Below are positions 47,775-56,894 of a stretch of 64,000 nucleotides of DNA, one piece after another. The notes under the pieces are model-generated. The model searched no databases, was not told the DNA's origin, and worked only from the letters and a program-made list of their open reading frames with translations. The stretch is taken from contig NZ_DASUFR010000076.1 of assembly GCF_036274455.1 (NCBI RefSeq), positions 6,290 to 70,289 on the forward strand, in the 5' to 3' direction. The translations under genes were made by a program, and so were the position numbers. Position 1 is the first letter of the stretch; every line of letters starts with the position of its first letter. This DNA is from Nocardioides sp. GTDB lineage: Bacteria; Actinomycetota; Actinomycetes; Propionibacteriales; Nocardioidaceae.

Positions 47775-49979
47775 GTGAACCCTCGCCGCGTCCCCCGGAG
47801 CACCTACCGGCTCCAGCTGACCTCGGACTTCGACCTGTTCGAGGCCGCACGGCGGCTGCCGTACCTGCACGAGCTCGGCGTCGACTGGGTCTACCTCTCG
47901 CCGCTGCTGGCGGCGGAGGCCGGCAGCGACCACGGCTACGACGTGGCGGTGCATACCCGGGAGGACCCGGAGCGGGGCGGGTCCTCCGGCCTCGAGGCGC
48001 TCGCGTCGGTGGCCCACGGCCTGGACATGGGAGTCCTGGTCGACATCGTCCCCAACCACGTCGGGGTGGCGAACCCGCGACCGGCCACGTGGTGGTGGGA
48101 CGTCCTCGAGCACGGGCCCGGCTCGCGGTTCGCGTCGTACTTCGACATCGACTGGGAGGCCGGCGGCGGTCGCCTGCTGCTGCCCGTGGTCGGCGACGGC
48201 GACGAGGGCTCGGTCGAGGTCCTTCCCGAGGAGCGCGCGGTCGTCTACCACGACCTGCGGCTGCCGATGGCGCCCGGCTCGACCGACCTCGCGGCACAGC
48301 ACTACGAGCTCGTGTCGTGGCGGCGCGGCGACAGCGAGCTGAACTACCGGCGGTTCTTCACCGTCACGACGCTTGCCGGGCTGCGGGTGGAGGACCCGGA
48401 GGTCTTCGAGGACTCGCATGGGGAGATCCGGCGCTGGTTCGAGGTCGGCCTGGTCGACGGGCTGCGGGTCGACCACCCGGACGGGCTGCGCGACCCGGGC
48501 GACTACCTCGACCGGCTGGCCAAGCTGACCGACGGGTCCTACGTCGTGGTCGAGAAGATCCTGGAGCCGGGCGAGTCGCTGCCCTCGACCTGGGCCACCG
48601 CCGGCACCACCGGCTACGACGTCCTCGCCCTGGTCGACCGGGTGCTCACCGACCCCGGCGGCGAGGCCGAGCTCGACGACGTGTCGGGTTCGGTCGACTT
48701 CGCCGCGCTGAGCCACGACACCAAGCGGTCCGTGGCCGACGGGTCGCTCCAGGCGGAGGTGCGCCGGATCGTCCGGGAGCTGCCGCCGGACGGCCTCCCC
48801 GACGACCTCGTGCGCGACGCGGTGGCGGAGCTGCTGGCCTGCTTCCCGGTCTATCGCTCCTACCTGCCGTTGGGGGTCGAGCACCTGGTGCTCGCCTTCG
48901 CGACGGCGCGGGCCCGCCGGCCCGACCTGCTGGTGGGGCTGGACGCACTGGAGCCGGTCCTGTCGGACCCGGCCCAGCCCGCGGCTCTGCGGTTCCAGCA
49001 GACCAGCGGGATGGTCATGGCCAAGGGCGTGGAGGACTGCGCCTTCTACCGGCACTCCCGGCTCACCTCGCTCAACGAGGTCGGCGGCGACCCCGGCGTC
49101 TTCTCCCTCTCGGTCGAGGAGTTCCACGAGGCGATGGTGCGCCGGCAGGCCGGGTGGCCGGACGCGATGACCGCACTGTCGACCCACGACACCAAGCGCA
49201 GCGAGGACGTGCGGGCCCGGCTCGCGGTGCTGGCCGAGGTGCCGTCGCCGTGGGCGGCGGCGCTGGAGCTCTTCCTCCGGCAGGCACCACTGCCCGACCC
49301 GGTCTTCGGGAACCTCCTGTGGCAGGCCGCCGTCGGGGCCTGGCCCATCTCCCGCGAGCGGCTGCACGCCTACGCCGAGAAGGCGATGCGTGAGGCGGGC
49401 GACCACACGACATGGACCGACCCGGACGAGGACTACGAGCGCGCGGTGCACGCCGCGGTCGACGCGGCGTACGACGACGAGGCGGTCGGCAGGACCATCG
49501 CCGAGGTCGTGGGGCTCGTCGAGGGGCCGGGCCGCAGCAACTCGCTCTCCGCCAAGCTGCTGTCGCTGACGCTGCCCGGGGTGCCGGACGTCTACCAGGG
49601 CAGCGAGCTCGGCGACCTGAGCCTGGTCGACCCCGACAACCGGCGTCCGGTGGACTTCGACGAGGCCGAGGCGAGCCTGGCCAGGGGTGACAACCCCAAG
49701 CAGGCGCTGACCGCGCGGGCGCTGCGGCTGCGGCGGGACCGGCCCGAGCTGTTCACGTCCTACGCACCGTTGAGTGCCGACGGCGAGGCGGCCGAGCACG
49801 TGCTCGCCTTCGACCGCGGCGGCGCGGTCACGGTGGTGACCAGGCTGCCGCTGGGGCTGGCCCGGAAGGGCGGCTGGGGCGACACGACGCTGGCCCTGAC
49901 CGACGGGAGCAGCCGCCGGGTGGCTGACCTGCTCGGTGACCAGCCTGCCGTCGTGCTCGTCCCGGAGGACCTCTCGTGA
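47775..49979 (+). CDS. treY: Malto-oligosyltrehalose synthase
   Basis: STYRLQL, SDHGYDV, DIVPNHV, RVDHPDGL, STHDTKRSED, LVDPDNRRPVD. Confidence 0.96.
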   Translation: MNPRRVPRSTYRLQLTSDFDLFEAARRLPYLHELGVDWVYLSPLLAAEAGSDHGYDVAVHTREDPERGGSSGLEALASVAHGLDMGVLVDIVPNHVGVANPRPATWWWDVLEHGPGSRFASYFDIDWEAGGGRLLLPVVGDGDEGSVEVLPEERAVVYHDLRLPMAPGSTDLAAQHYELVSWRRGDSELNYRRFFTVTTLAGLRVEDPEVFEDSHGEIRRWFEVGLVDGLRVDHPDGLRDPGDYLDRLAKLTDGSYVVVEKILEPGESLPSTWATAGTTGYDVLALVDRVLTDPGGEAELDDVSGSVDFAALSHDTKRSVADGSLQAEVRRIVRELPPDGLPDDLVRDAVAELLACFPVYRSYLPLGVEHLVLAFATARARRPDLLVGLDALEPVLSDPAQPAALRFQQTSGMVMAKGVEDCAFYRHSRLTSLNEVGGDPGVFSLSVEEFHEAMVRRQAGWPDAMTALSTHDTKRSEDVRARLAVLAEVPSPWAAALELFLRQAPLPDPVFGNLLWQAAVGAWPISRERLHAYAEKAMREAGDHTTWTDPDEDYERAVHAAVDAAYDDEAVGRTIAEVVGLVEGPGRSNSLSAKLLSLTLPGVPDVYQGSELGDLSLVDPDNRRPVDFDEAEASLARGDNPKQALTARALRLRRDRPELFTSYAPLSADGEAAEHVLAFDRGGAVTVVTRLPLGLARKGGWGDTTLALTDGSSRRVADLLGDQPAVVLVPEDLS

Positions 49980-51736
49980 GCTCTCCACAGCGCGGCCCGT
50001 TCGACGTCTGGGCGCCGCGTGCCTCCCGGATGCGACTGTCCGTGGGCGATGCGATCCTCGACATGGTCCGTGGCGATGACGACTGGTGGACGCCGGCGGA
50101 CCACGACCTGGCGCTCTCTCGGGAGGAGACCGACTACGGCTACCTGATCGACGACTCGGACACATCGCGACCCGACCCGCGGTCGCGGCGTCAGCCGGCG
50201 GGCGTCCACCAGCGCTCGCGAACCTACGACGCGTCCCGCTTCACGTGGACCGACGACGCGTGGACCGGCCGCCAGCTCGCCGGCTCGATGATCTATGAGC
50301 TACACGTCGGCACGTTCACCCCGGAGGGCACCTTCGACGCCGCGCTGACCCGCCTCGACCACCTGCGCAGCATCGGGGTGGACTTCGTGGAGCTGATGCC
50401 GGTCAACGCCGTCAACGGCACCCATAACTGGGGCTACGACGGGGTGCTCTGGTACGCCGTGCACGAGCCGTACGGCGGACCGGAGGGCTACCAGCGGTTC
50501 GTCGACGGCTGCCACGCGGCGGGCCTGGGCGTGATCCAGGACGTGGTCTACAACCACCTCGGCCCGTCGGGGAACTACCTGCCCGAGTTCGGGCCCTACC
50601 TCAAGGAGGGCGCGAACACCTGGGGCGACCTGGTCAACCTCGACGGCGACGGCGCGGCCGAGGTCCGTCGCTACATCCTCGACAACGCGCTGATGTGGCT
50701 GGCGGACTACCACGTGGACGGTCTGCGGCTGGACGCGGTGCACGCCCTCGAGGACGGCTCGAAGCCGCACCTGCTGGAGGAGCTCGCGGTGGAGGTGGCC
50801 GCGCTGTCGGCACACCTGCGTCGCCCGCTCGTCCTCGTCGCCGAGTCCGACCTCAACGACCCGGTCCTGGTGACGCCGCGGGAGGCGGGCGGCTTCGGGC
50901 TCGATGCGCAGTGGAGCGACGACTTCCACCACGCCCTGCACGTCGCCCTCACCGGCGAGACACACGGCTACTACGCGGACTTCGAGCCGCTCGGGGCGCT
51001 GGCCAAGGTGTGCGAGCGCGGCTTCTTCCACGACGGGACCTACTCGTCGTTCCGTGGCCGCGACCACGGTGTCCCCGTCGATACCCGGGCGATGCCGGCC
51101 TGGCGGCTGGTCGTGGCCAGCCAGAACCACGACCAGGTCGGCAACCGGGCCACGGGCGACCGGATCACCGAGTCGCTCGACGAGGACCAGCTGGCCTGCG
51201 CCGCCATGGTCACCCTGTGCGCGCCGTTCACGCCGATGCTGTTCCAGGGGGAGGAGTGGGCGGCGTCCACGCCGTTCCAGTTCTTCACCTCCCACCCGGA
51301 GGAGGAGCTGGGCCGCGCCACCGCCGAGGGCCGGATCGAGGAGTTCGCCCGGCACGGCTGGGACCGCGACGCCGTGCCCGACCCCCAGGACCCGGCGACC
51401 TTCGAGCGGTCGAAGCTGGACTGGTCGGAGCTCGAGTCGCGCCGCGGCCAGCGGATGCTCGCGTTCTACCGGGACCTGGCCCGGCTCCGGCGCGAGTTCC
51501 CGCAGCTCACCGACCCGTCCTTCGCGGGCGTGGCCTGCCGGGCCGACGAGGCCGCGCGGTTCTTCACGATGCAGCGAGGACGGCTGCTGGTGCTCGTCAA
51601 CTTCGGGGACCAGCCGATGGCCGCCGAGCTGGGCGACGTCGAGGTGCTCTTCGAGACCGCGTCCGGGGTGGACAGCCACCACCGGGTGCTGCGGGTGCCG
51701 CCGCACGCCGGGGCCCTCGTCCGGCTGCCGGCCTGA
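49976..51736 (+). CDS. treZ: Malto-oligosyltrehalose trehalohydrolase
   Basis: IYELHVGTFT, WGYDGV, DVVYNHLGP, RLDAVHA, QNHDQVGNRA, FQGEEW. Confidence 0.96.
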   Translation: MSSPQRGPFDVWAPRASRMRLSVGDAILDMVRGDDDWWTPADHDLALSREETDYGYLIDDSDTSRPDPRSRRQPAGVHQRSRTYDASRFTWTDDAWTGRQLAGSMIYELHVGTFTPEGTFDAALTRLDHLRSIGVDFVELMPVNAVNGTHNWGYDGVLWYAVHEPYGGPEGYQRFVDGCHAAGLGVIQDVVYNHLGPSGNYLPEFGPYLKEGANTWGDLVNLDGDGAAEVRRYILDNALMWLADYHVDGLRLDAVHALEDGSKPHLLEELAVEVAALSAHLRRPLVLVAESDLNDPVLVTPREAGGFGLDAQWSDDFHHALHVALTGETHGYYADFEPLGALAKVCERGFFHDGTYSSFRGRDHGVPVDTRAMPAWRLVVASQNHDQVGNRATGDRITESLDEDQLACAAMVTLCAPFTPMLFQGEEWAASTPFQFFTSHPEEELGRATAEGRIEEFARHGWDRDAVPDPQDPATFERSKLDWSELESRRGQRMLAFYRDLARLRREFPQLTDPSFAGVACRADEAARFFTMQRGRLLVLVNFGDQPMAAELGDVEVLFETASGVDSHHRVLRVPPHAGALVRLPA

Positions 51737-51749
51737 CCGCGCGACGGGG

Positions 51750-53330
51750 TCAGGGGCGGCGCAGCCGGAGCCGATCGTGCAGCACCGCGGCCCGCGCGGC
51801 ATTGCTCCCGGCGGCTCCGTGGACACCGCCGCCCGGGTGCGCGGAGGCCGAGCCGAGGTAGAGGCCGCCGATGCCCGTCTCGGCACGGCCGAGCCCTGGG
51901 ACCGGGCGGAAGACCAGCTCCTGGTGCAGCTGCGAGGTGCCACCGCCGACGGCACCGCCGACCAGGTTCGCGTTGCGAGCCTCGAGCTCGCGCGGGCCCA
52001 GCACCCGGCGGGCCAGGACGGTGCTGCCGAAGCCCGGAGCCAGCCGCTCGATCCGGGCCTGCATCCGATCGGCGAACCGCTCGCAGTCGTCGTGGTCCCA
52101 GATCCCTCGCACGTCACCCCCGCCGGCGTCGGTCCGCGTCTCCTGGGGGACATGGGTGTATGCCCAGAACGACTCGGTTCCCGCGGGCGAGCGCGTCGGA
52201 TCGGTCGTGGTCATCTGCCCGGCGAGCATGAACGGCGCCGCCGGGACGGCACCCGCCTGCACCTGGCCCAGCGCCTCCTGCATCTGGCCGATCGAGTCGG
52301 CGACGTGGACCGTGCCCGGAGCGTGGGCCGGCTCGGTCAGCCAGGGGATCGGCGCGTTGAGCGCCCAGTCGACCTTCACGGTGCCCGGGTCCATCTCGAA
52401 CCGCTCCATGCCGCGGGCCACCCGAGGGGGTACGTCGTCCGGGTGCAGCAGCCGGCCGAACAGGTGGGGCGCCACGACGTCGGCGACCACGGCACGCCGG
52501 GCCCGGACCCGTCGGGTCGACGTCCGGACGCCGGTGGCGCGGCCCCCGGCCACGTCGATCCCGATCACCTCCGCGTCGCAGCGGAGCTCGCCTCCGCGAT
52601 CGGTGAACCGCCTGCCGAGGGCGTCGGCGAGCCGGCCCGCACCGCCCTGCGGCACCGGGTAGCCCACGGTCTGGCCGAGCATGGTCATCAGCAGCCCGAG
52701 CAGCCCCGAGCCGGGGGCGTCGAGGGGGATGTCGGCGTGCCCGGCGTTGCCGGCGAGCAGGATCCCCGGGCCGACGCCCGCGAAGCGGTTGCGGCCGAGC
52801 TCGGCGGCCGGAGTGAGCAGGTCGCGGACGAACGCCAGCCCCCCGACCCGGCGCAGCCGGGCCAGCAGGGACAGCGCCGGCCGGACCGGAGGGAACGGTC
52901 GCAGCAACGCACCCAGGAGCTGGTCGCCGATCGTGTCCCACTGGGCGCAGAGCTCGAGCCAGGCCGCGCCGTCGCCGGGGTGCTGGGCGTCGGCGAGCCG
53001 CGCGGTCACCTCGCGGTCGCGGTGCAGGAGGGCCCAACTCCCGTCGGTGAAGGGGTGGCCCAGAACCGCCGGGGCGTGCCGCCACGTGAGCCCGTGCTCC
53101 TCCAGCCCCAGCGACCGGACGGTGGGCGAGGCGGCCGCGAGCGGGTAGAAGGCGCTGAACGTGTCGTGCACGAAGCCGGGCTGCACGTCCTCGGCGCTGG
53201 CCACCGCACCGCCGATCGCGGGCTGCGCCTCGAGCACGAGCACCGACCAGCCATGGTCGGCCAACAGGTTCGCCGCCACCAGTCCGTTGGGGCCGGCCCC
53301 GATGACGACGGCGTCGTAGTCGGACCTCAC
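51750..53330 (-). CDS. Phytoene desaturase-like NAD(P)/FAD oxidoreductase
   Basis: IGAGPNGLVAA, HDTFSAFYPL, YLGSASAHPGGGVHG. Confidence 0.9.
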   Translation of the reverse strand: MRSDYDAVVIGAGPNGLVAANLLADHGWSVLVLEAQPAIGGAVASAEDVQPGFVHDTFSAFYPLAAASPTVRSLGLEEHGLTWRHAPAVLGHPFTDGSWALLHRDREVTARLADAQHPGDGAAWLELCAQWDTIGDQLLGALLRPFPPVRPALSLLARLRRVGGLAFVRDLLTPAAELGRNRFAGVGPGILLAGNAGHADIPLDAPGSGLLGLLMTMLGQTVGYPVPQGGAGRLADALGRRFTDRGGELRCDAEVIGIDVAGGRATGVRTSTRRVRARRAVVADVVAPHLFGRLLHPDDVPPRVARGMERFEMDPGTVKVDWALNAPIPWLTEPAHAPGTVHVADSIGQMQEALGQVQAGAVPAAPFMLAGQMTTTDPTRSPAGTESFWAYTHVPQETRTDAGGGDVRGIWDHDDCERFADRMQARIERLAPGFGSTVLARRVLGPRELEARNANLVGGAVGGGTSQLHQELVFRPVPGLGRAETGIGGLYLGSASAHPGGGVHGAAGSNAARAAVLHDRLRLRRP

Positions 53331-53345
53331 CTGCGGTTCACGGGC

Positions 53346-53792
53346 TCACGCGGCCCGGGTGGCGCGCCGTTCGACGAGGAAGGCGAGCCGGCGCAGGCTC
53401 TCCACGTTGCGCCAGGTCAGCAACGGGTCCTGGGCCACGCGCGGCACCAGTGCCCCCGGCCCTGAGACGGCCTGCTCCTCCATCACGACCTCAGTATCGG
53501 CGCCCTTGGGGCGAAGCGTGATCGCGACGTCGGCCCGGCCGGCGGGCCAGGCGTGTGCGTTCAGCTTCAGCCGCGCACCGGGCACGCTCTCCTCGACCTC
53601 GGTGCGGTCGTCCAGGGTCAGCGGCCAGGTACCGACCGAGTGGTGCAGCCGGGTGCCCGGCGCCGGCCACCCGTCGTCGACCTCCCGCATCCGTGTCGCC
53701 CCCACCACCCAGAGGGGGTAGAGCCAGCCGTCGGCCAGCACGTCCCAGATCTGCTCGGGCGTCGCCCGCATCACTCGCGTCGTGGTGCTCAT
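53346..53792 (-). CDS. SRPBCC family protein
   Basis: IWDVLADGWLYPLWVVGA..WPAPGTRLHHSVG. Confidence 0.88.
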   Translation of the reverse strand: MSTTTRVMRATPEQIWDVLADGWLYPLWVVGATRMREVDDGWPAPGTRLHHSVGTWPLTLDDRTEVEESVPGARLKLNAHAWPAGRADVAITLRPKGADTEVVMEEQAVSGPGALVPRVAQDPLLTWRNVESLRRLAFLVERRATRAA

Positions 53793-53844
53793 GAGGAGGG
53801 GGTAACCCGGCGGCCGCCGGGTATTCGGCTGGGGCGAGTTTGGG

Positions 53845-53936
53845 GGGTTGGGGCTGGGTCTGCGTTTGTCGCACCCCGGTCGGCCCGCCGTCCGCCGGCC
53901 CGCTGACGGAGCGACGAACGAAGACCCGGCCAACCC
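53845..53936. repeat. REP-like hairpin element, copy 2
   Basis: GGGTTGG..GGGTCT.CGTTTGTCGC / GCGACGAACGAAGACCC.GCCAACCC imperfect IR. Confidence 0.65.
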
Positions 53937-54887
53937 TCACCCACGCAGCTGGGGCAGGACGTCGCGTCCGTACGCCTCGATCATCGCGAGGTAGTGGGGG
54001 CCCATGTTGGCGACGTAGACCTCGTCATAGCCCGCGTCGACATAGCTCCGCATCTGCTCGACGTGCGCGTCGAGGTCGTTGCCGGCCACGATGCTCTCGG
54101 CGGTCGACTCGCGGGTGACCAGCTGCGCGGCCTGCTCGAAGTGCTTCGGGCTGGGTAGGACCTGGGACAGCTCGCCGGGCAGCCCGGAGTTGGCCCAGAG
54201 CCGGTGGGCGTGGTCGATGCCCTCGTCCTTCGAGTCGGCCCAGGCGACCTTGACCCCGCCCTGGCAGGGCTTGCCGCCCGACTTCTCCTTGAACTCCCGG
54301 ACCGTGTCGGCGTCGTCGGAGGTGTTGATGAACCCGTCGCCGATCCGGGCGGCCACCTCGAGGGCCTTGGGGCCGAACGCCGAGACGTACACCGGGACCG
54401 GCTCGTCGGGCAGGGTGTAGATCCGGGCGGTGTCGAGGTCGTAGTGTTCGCCCCGGACCGTCACCACCTCACCGGACCAGAGCCGGCGCATGAGCTCCAC
54501 CGCCTCCTCGAGCATCTCGAGGCGGATGTCCTCCGAGGGCCACGCGTCGCCGAGGACGTGCTCGTTGAGGGCCTCGCCGGTGCCGACCCCGAGCACGAAC
54601 TTCCCCTGCAGCTGGACCGCGGCGGTCGCGGCCGCCTGGGCGACGATCGCGGGGTGGACCCGGGTGGTCGGGCACGTCACCGCCGTGGTCACGGGCAGCG
54701 AGCAGGCCTGGGACAGCGCGCCGATCATGCCCCAGACGAACGGGCTCTCACCCTGCTCGTCGTTCCAGGGGTGGAAGTGGTCGCTGATCCAGATCCCGTC
54801 GAAGCCGGCCTTCTCCGCGGCGACCGCCTGCTCGATCAGCTCGGCGGGGGAGTACTCCTCACAGGACAGGAAGTATCCGAAGCGCAT
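53937..54887 (-). CDS. F420-dependent LLM-class oxidoreductase (Fgd-like)
   Basis: FLSCEE, WISDHFHPW, TAVTCPT, GVGTGEALNEH. Confidence 0.92.
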   Translation of the reverse strand: MRFGYFLSCEEYSPAELIEQAVAAEKAGFDGIWISDHFHPWNDEQGESPFVWGMIGALSQACSLPVTTAVTCPTTRVHPAIVAQAAATAAVQLQGKFVLGVGTGEALNEHVLGDAWPSEDIRLEMLEEAVELMRRLWSGEVVTVRGEHYDLDTARIYTLPDEPVPVYVSAFGPKALEVAARIGDGFINTSDDADTVREFKEKSGGKPCQGGVKVAWADSKDEGIDHAHRLWANSGLPGELSQVLPSPKHFEQAAQLVTRESTAESIVAGNDLDAHVEQMRSYVDAGYDEVYVANMGPHYLAMIEAYGRDVLPQLRG

Positions 54888-54920
54888 GCGAGACGGGTAC
54901 CCACCGGGCGCCGCGCCCCG

Positions 54921-55394
54921 TCACCAGCTGGCGTCGGGCCACTCCGCCTCGGCGCGCTCGTGGGCCGCGCGGGAGAACGCGGTCAGCGCCTCGACCACCG
55001 CCTCGACCTGGTCGGGGGAGAGCTCGCGGAGGACCGCAGCGACCTCGCGGCGGCGGTGCTCGGTGACCGCGTCGACCAGCCGCCGCCCCGCGGCAGTGAT
55101 CGTGACGTGCACCGCGCGCCCGTCGGAGTCCGACCTGGACCGCCGGACCAGGTCGAGCCGTTGCAGCCGGTCACACACGCGGGTGGCGTTGGAGGGGTTG
55201 ACCCCCAGCTGCTGGGCGAGGGTGCCGATGGCCTGCGGACCGTTGGCGGCCAGCAGGACCAGCACGCGATGCTGCGGAATGGTGACCGGGACGGGCGCCG
55301 CCTCCACCGAGCGGATGGCGATGCCGACCAGGGCACGGCTCGCGGTCACGAACGCCGCGGCCAGCTCCTCGATGTCCTTGTTGGTTGTCGGCAT
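54921..55394 (-). CDS. MarR family regulator
   Basis: TIPQHRVLVLL..LAQQLGVNPSNATRVCDRL..DGRAVHVTIT. Confidence 0.9.
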   Translation of the reverse strand: MPTTNKDIEELAAAFVTASRALVGIAIRSVEAAPVPVTIPQHRVLVLLAANGPQAIGTLAQQLGVNPSNATRVCDRLQRLDLVRRSRSDSDGRAVHVTITAAGRRLVDAVTEHRRREVAAVLRELSPDQVEAVVEALTAFSRAAHERAEAEWPDASW

Positions 55395-55635
55395 GACGGT
55401 CAGTATCGGGCAACAGAACGTCCGGCGGTGGCAAGCGCGCGAGATCCGGCGCCGGCCAGTCCCCCGACTGCCAGCCCCGCGACGGCCAGCCGCCCCCCGA
55501 CGACTGGCCGCGCCCGGAGGAGACCACGCCGTCCGTGCTGCGGCACCGGTCCTCCCTTCGCAGATGCTTGCGTTGTGGCAATGTTTGCGCACAGGCACAG
55601 GTTTTGTCATCCCCCTGTCCGGTCACCGGACGTGC

Positions 55636-56562
55636 ATGAATCGAACTCCCCACTCGGTCGTGGTGACCGGCGCCTCGGGCGGCATCGGCCGTGCCACGGC
55701 CCGCGAGCTGGGTCGACGCGGTGAGCGGGTCGCGCTGCTGGCCCGTGGTGAGACCGGTCTCGTCGCGGCCGCCCGCGAGGTCGAGCAGGCGGGCGGCCGG
55801 CCGCTCGTCGTGCCAGTCGACGTGGCCGACCACGAGGCGGTCGAGGCCGCTGCCGACCGGATCGAGGAGGAGCTCGGTCCGATCGGCGTCTGGGTCAACG
55901 TGGCGTTCACGTCGGTCTTCGCCCGCTTCGAGGACATCGAGCCCGACGAGTTCCGCCGGGTCACCGATGTGACCTACCACGGCTACGTCAACGGCACCCG
56001 AGCCGCGCTGCGCCGGATGCGGCGCCGCGACCGCGGGGTGATCGTCCAGGTCGGCTCGGCTCTCGGCCATCGCGGCATCCCGCTGCAGTCGGCCTACTGC
56101 GGTGCCAAGCACGCGCTGGAGGGGTTCCACGAGTCACTGCGCACCGAGCTGATGCACGACGGCAGCCGGATCAAGGTCACCATCGTCGAGATGCCGGCGG
56201 TGAACACGCCGCAGTTCTCCTGGGTGCTGAACCGGCTCCCGCACCAGGCCCAGCCGGTCCCGCCGATCTACCAGCCCGAGGTCGCCGCCCGCGGCGTGCT
56301 CCGCGCGATCGACCACCCCGGGCGGCGGGCCCGCTGGGTCGGGCTCAGCACCGCCGGCACGATCGTGGCCAACCGGTTCGCCGGCGGGCTGCTCGACCGC
56401 TACCTCGCCCGGACCGGCTTCTCCTCGCAGCAGACCTCGCAGCCGCGTGACCCCGACCAGCCCGAGAACCTGTGGACGCCTGCCGACGGCCGCGAGGGTC
56501 GCGACTTCGGTGCGCACGGCGCCTTCGACGACCGGGCCCACGAGCGGGGGTTCATCGGATGA
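55636..56562 (+). CDS. SDR oxidoreductase with C-terminal extension
   Basis: VVTGASGGIG, YCGAKH, PAVNTPQF, PPIYQPE. Confidence 0.92.
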   Translation: MNRTPHSVVVTGASGGIGRATARELGRRGERVALLARGETGLVAAAREVEQAGGRPLVVPVDVADHEAVEAAADRIEEELGPIGVWVNVAFTSVFARFEDIEPDEFRRVTDVTYHGYVNGTRAALRRMRRRDRGVIVQVGSALGHRGIPLQSAYCGAKHALEGFHESLRTELMHDGSRIKVTIVEMPAVNTPQFSWVLNRLPHQAQPVPPIYQPEVAARGVLRAIDHPGRRARWVGLSTAGTIVANRFAGGLLDRYLARTGFSSQQTSQPRDPDQPENLWTPADGREGRDFGAHGAFDDRAHERGFIG

Positions 56563-56894
56563 CGCCCCGCCCCGTCGACCTGGCCCGGCTGGGTGTCGGC
56601 GCCTGGGCCCTCGCCCGCCCGCTGGACGTCCTGCACCTCGTCGGCAACGACGACGGCACCGGGCCGCGGCTCGCGACGCGGGTCCTCGGCGCCCGGTACG
56701 TCGCCCAGTCCGCTGCCGGCCTGCTCCTACGGCGGCGCCGGCTGCCGTGGCTGGACGGCGCGGTCGATGTCGCGCACGCCGCCTCGATGCTGGGCGTCGC
56801 CTTGACGTTCCCCGGCCACCGTCGGCTCGCGCTGACCAGCGGTGCCGTCGCGCTCGGTTTCGCCGCGGCCGACCTCCGCGAGCCGCTGCGGTGA
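56559..56894 (+). CDS. Small membrane protein
   Basis: ATGA-coupled. RVLGARYVAQ..AVDVAHAASM. Confidence 0.75.
   Translation: MTPRPVDLARLGVGAWALARPLDVLHLVGNDDGTGPRLATRVLGARYVAQSAAGLLLRRRRLPWLDGAVDVAHAASMLGVALTFPGHRRLALTSGAVALGFAAADLREPLR

Noticed and set aside
55455-55510. Short imperfect tandem repeats (CCAG..CCCCGAC) in the MarR-SDR spacer
   Set aside because: Low-complexity GC-rich sequence with too few and too degenerate copies to support a call
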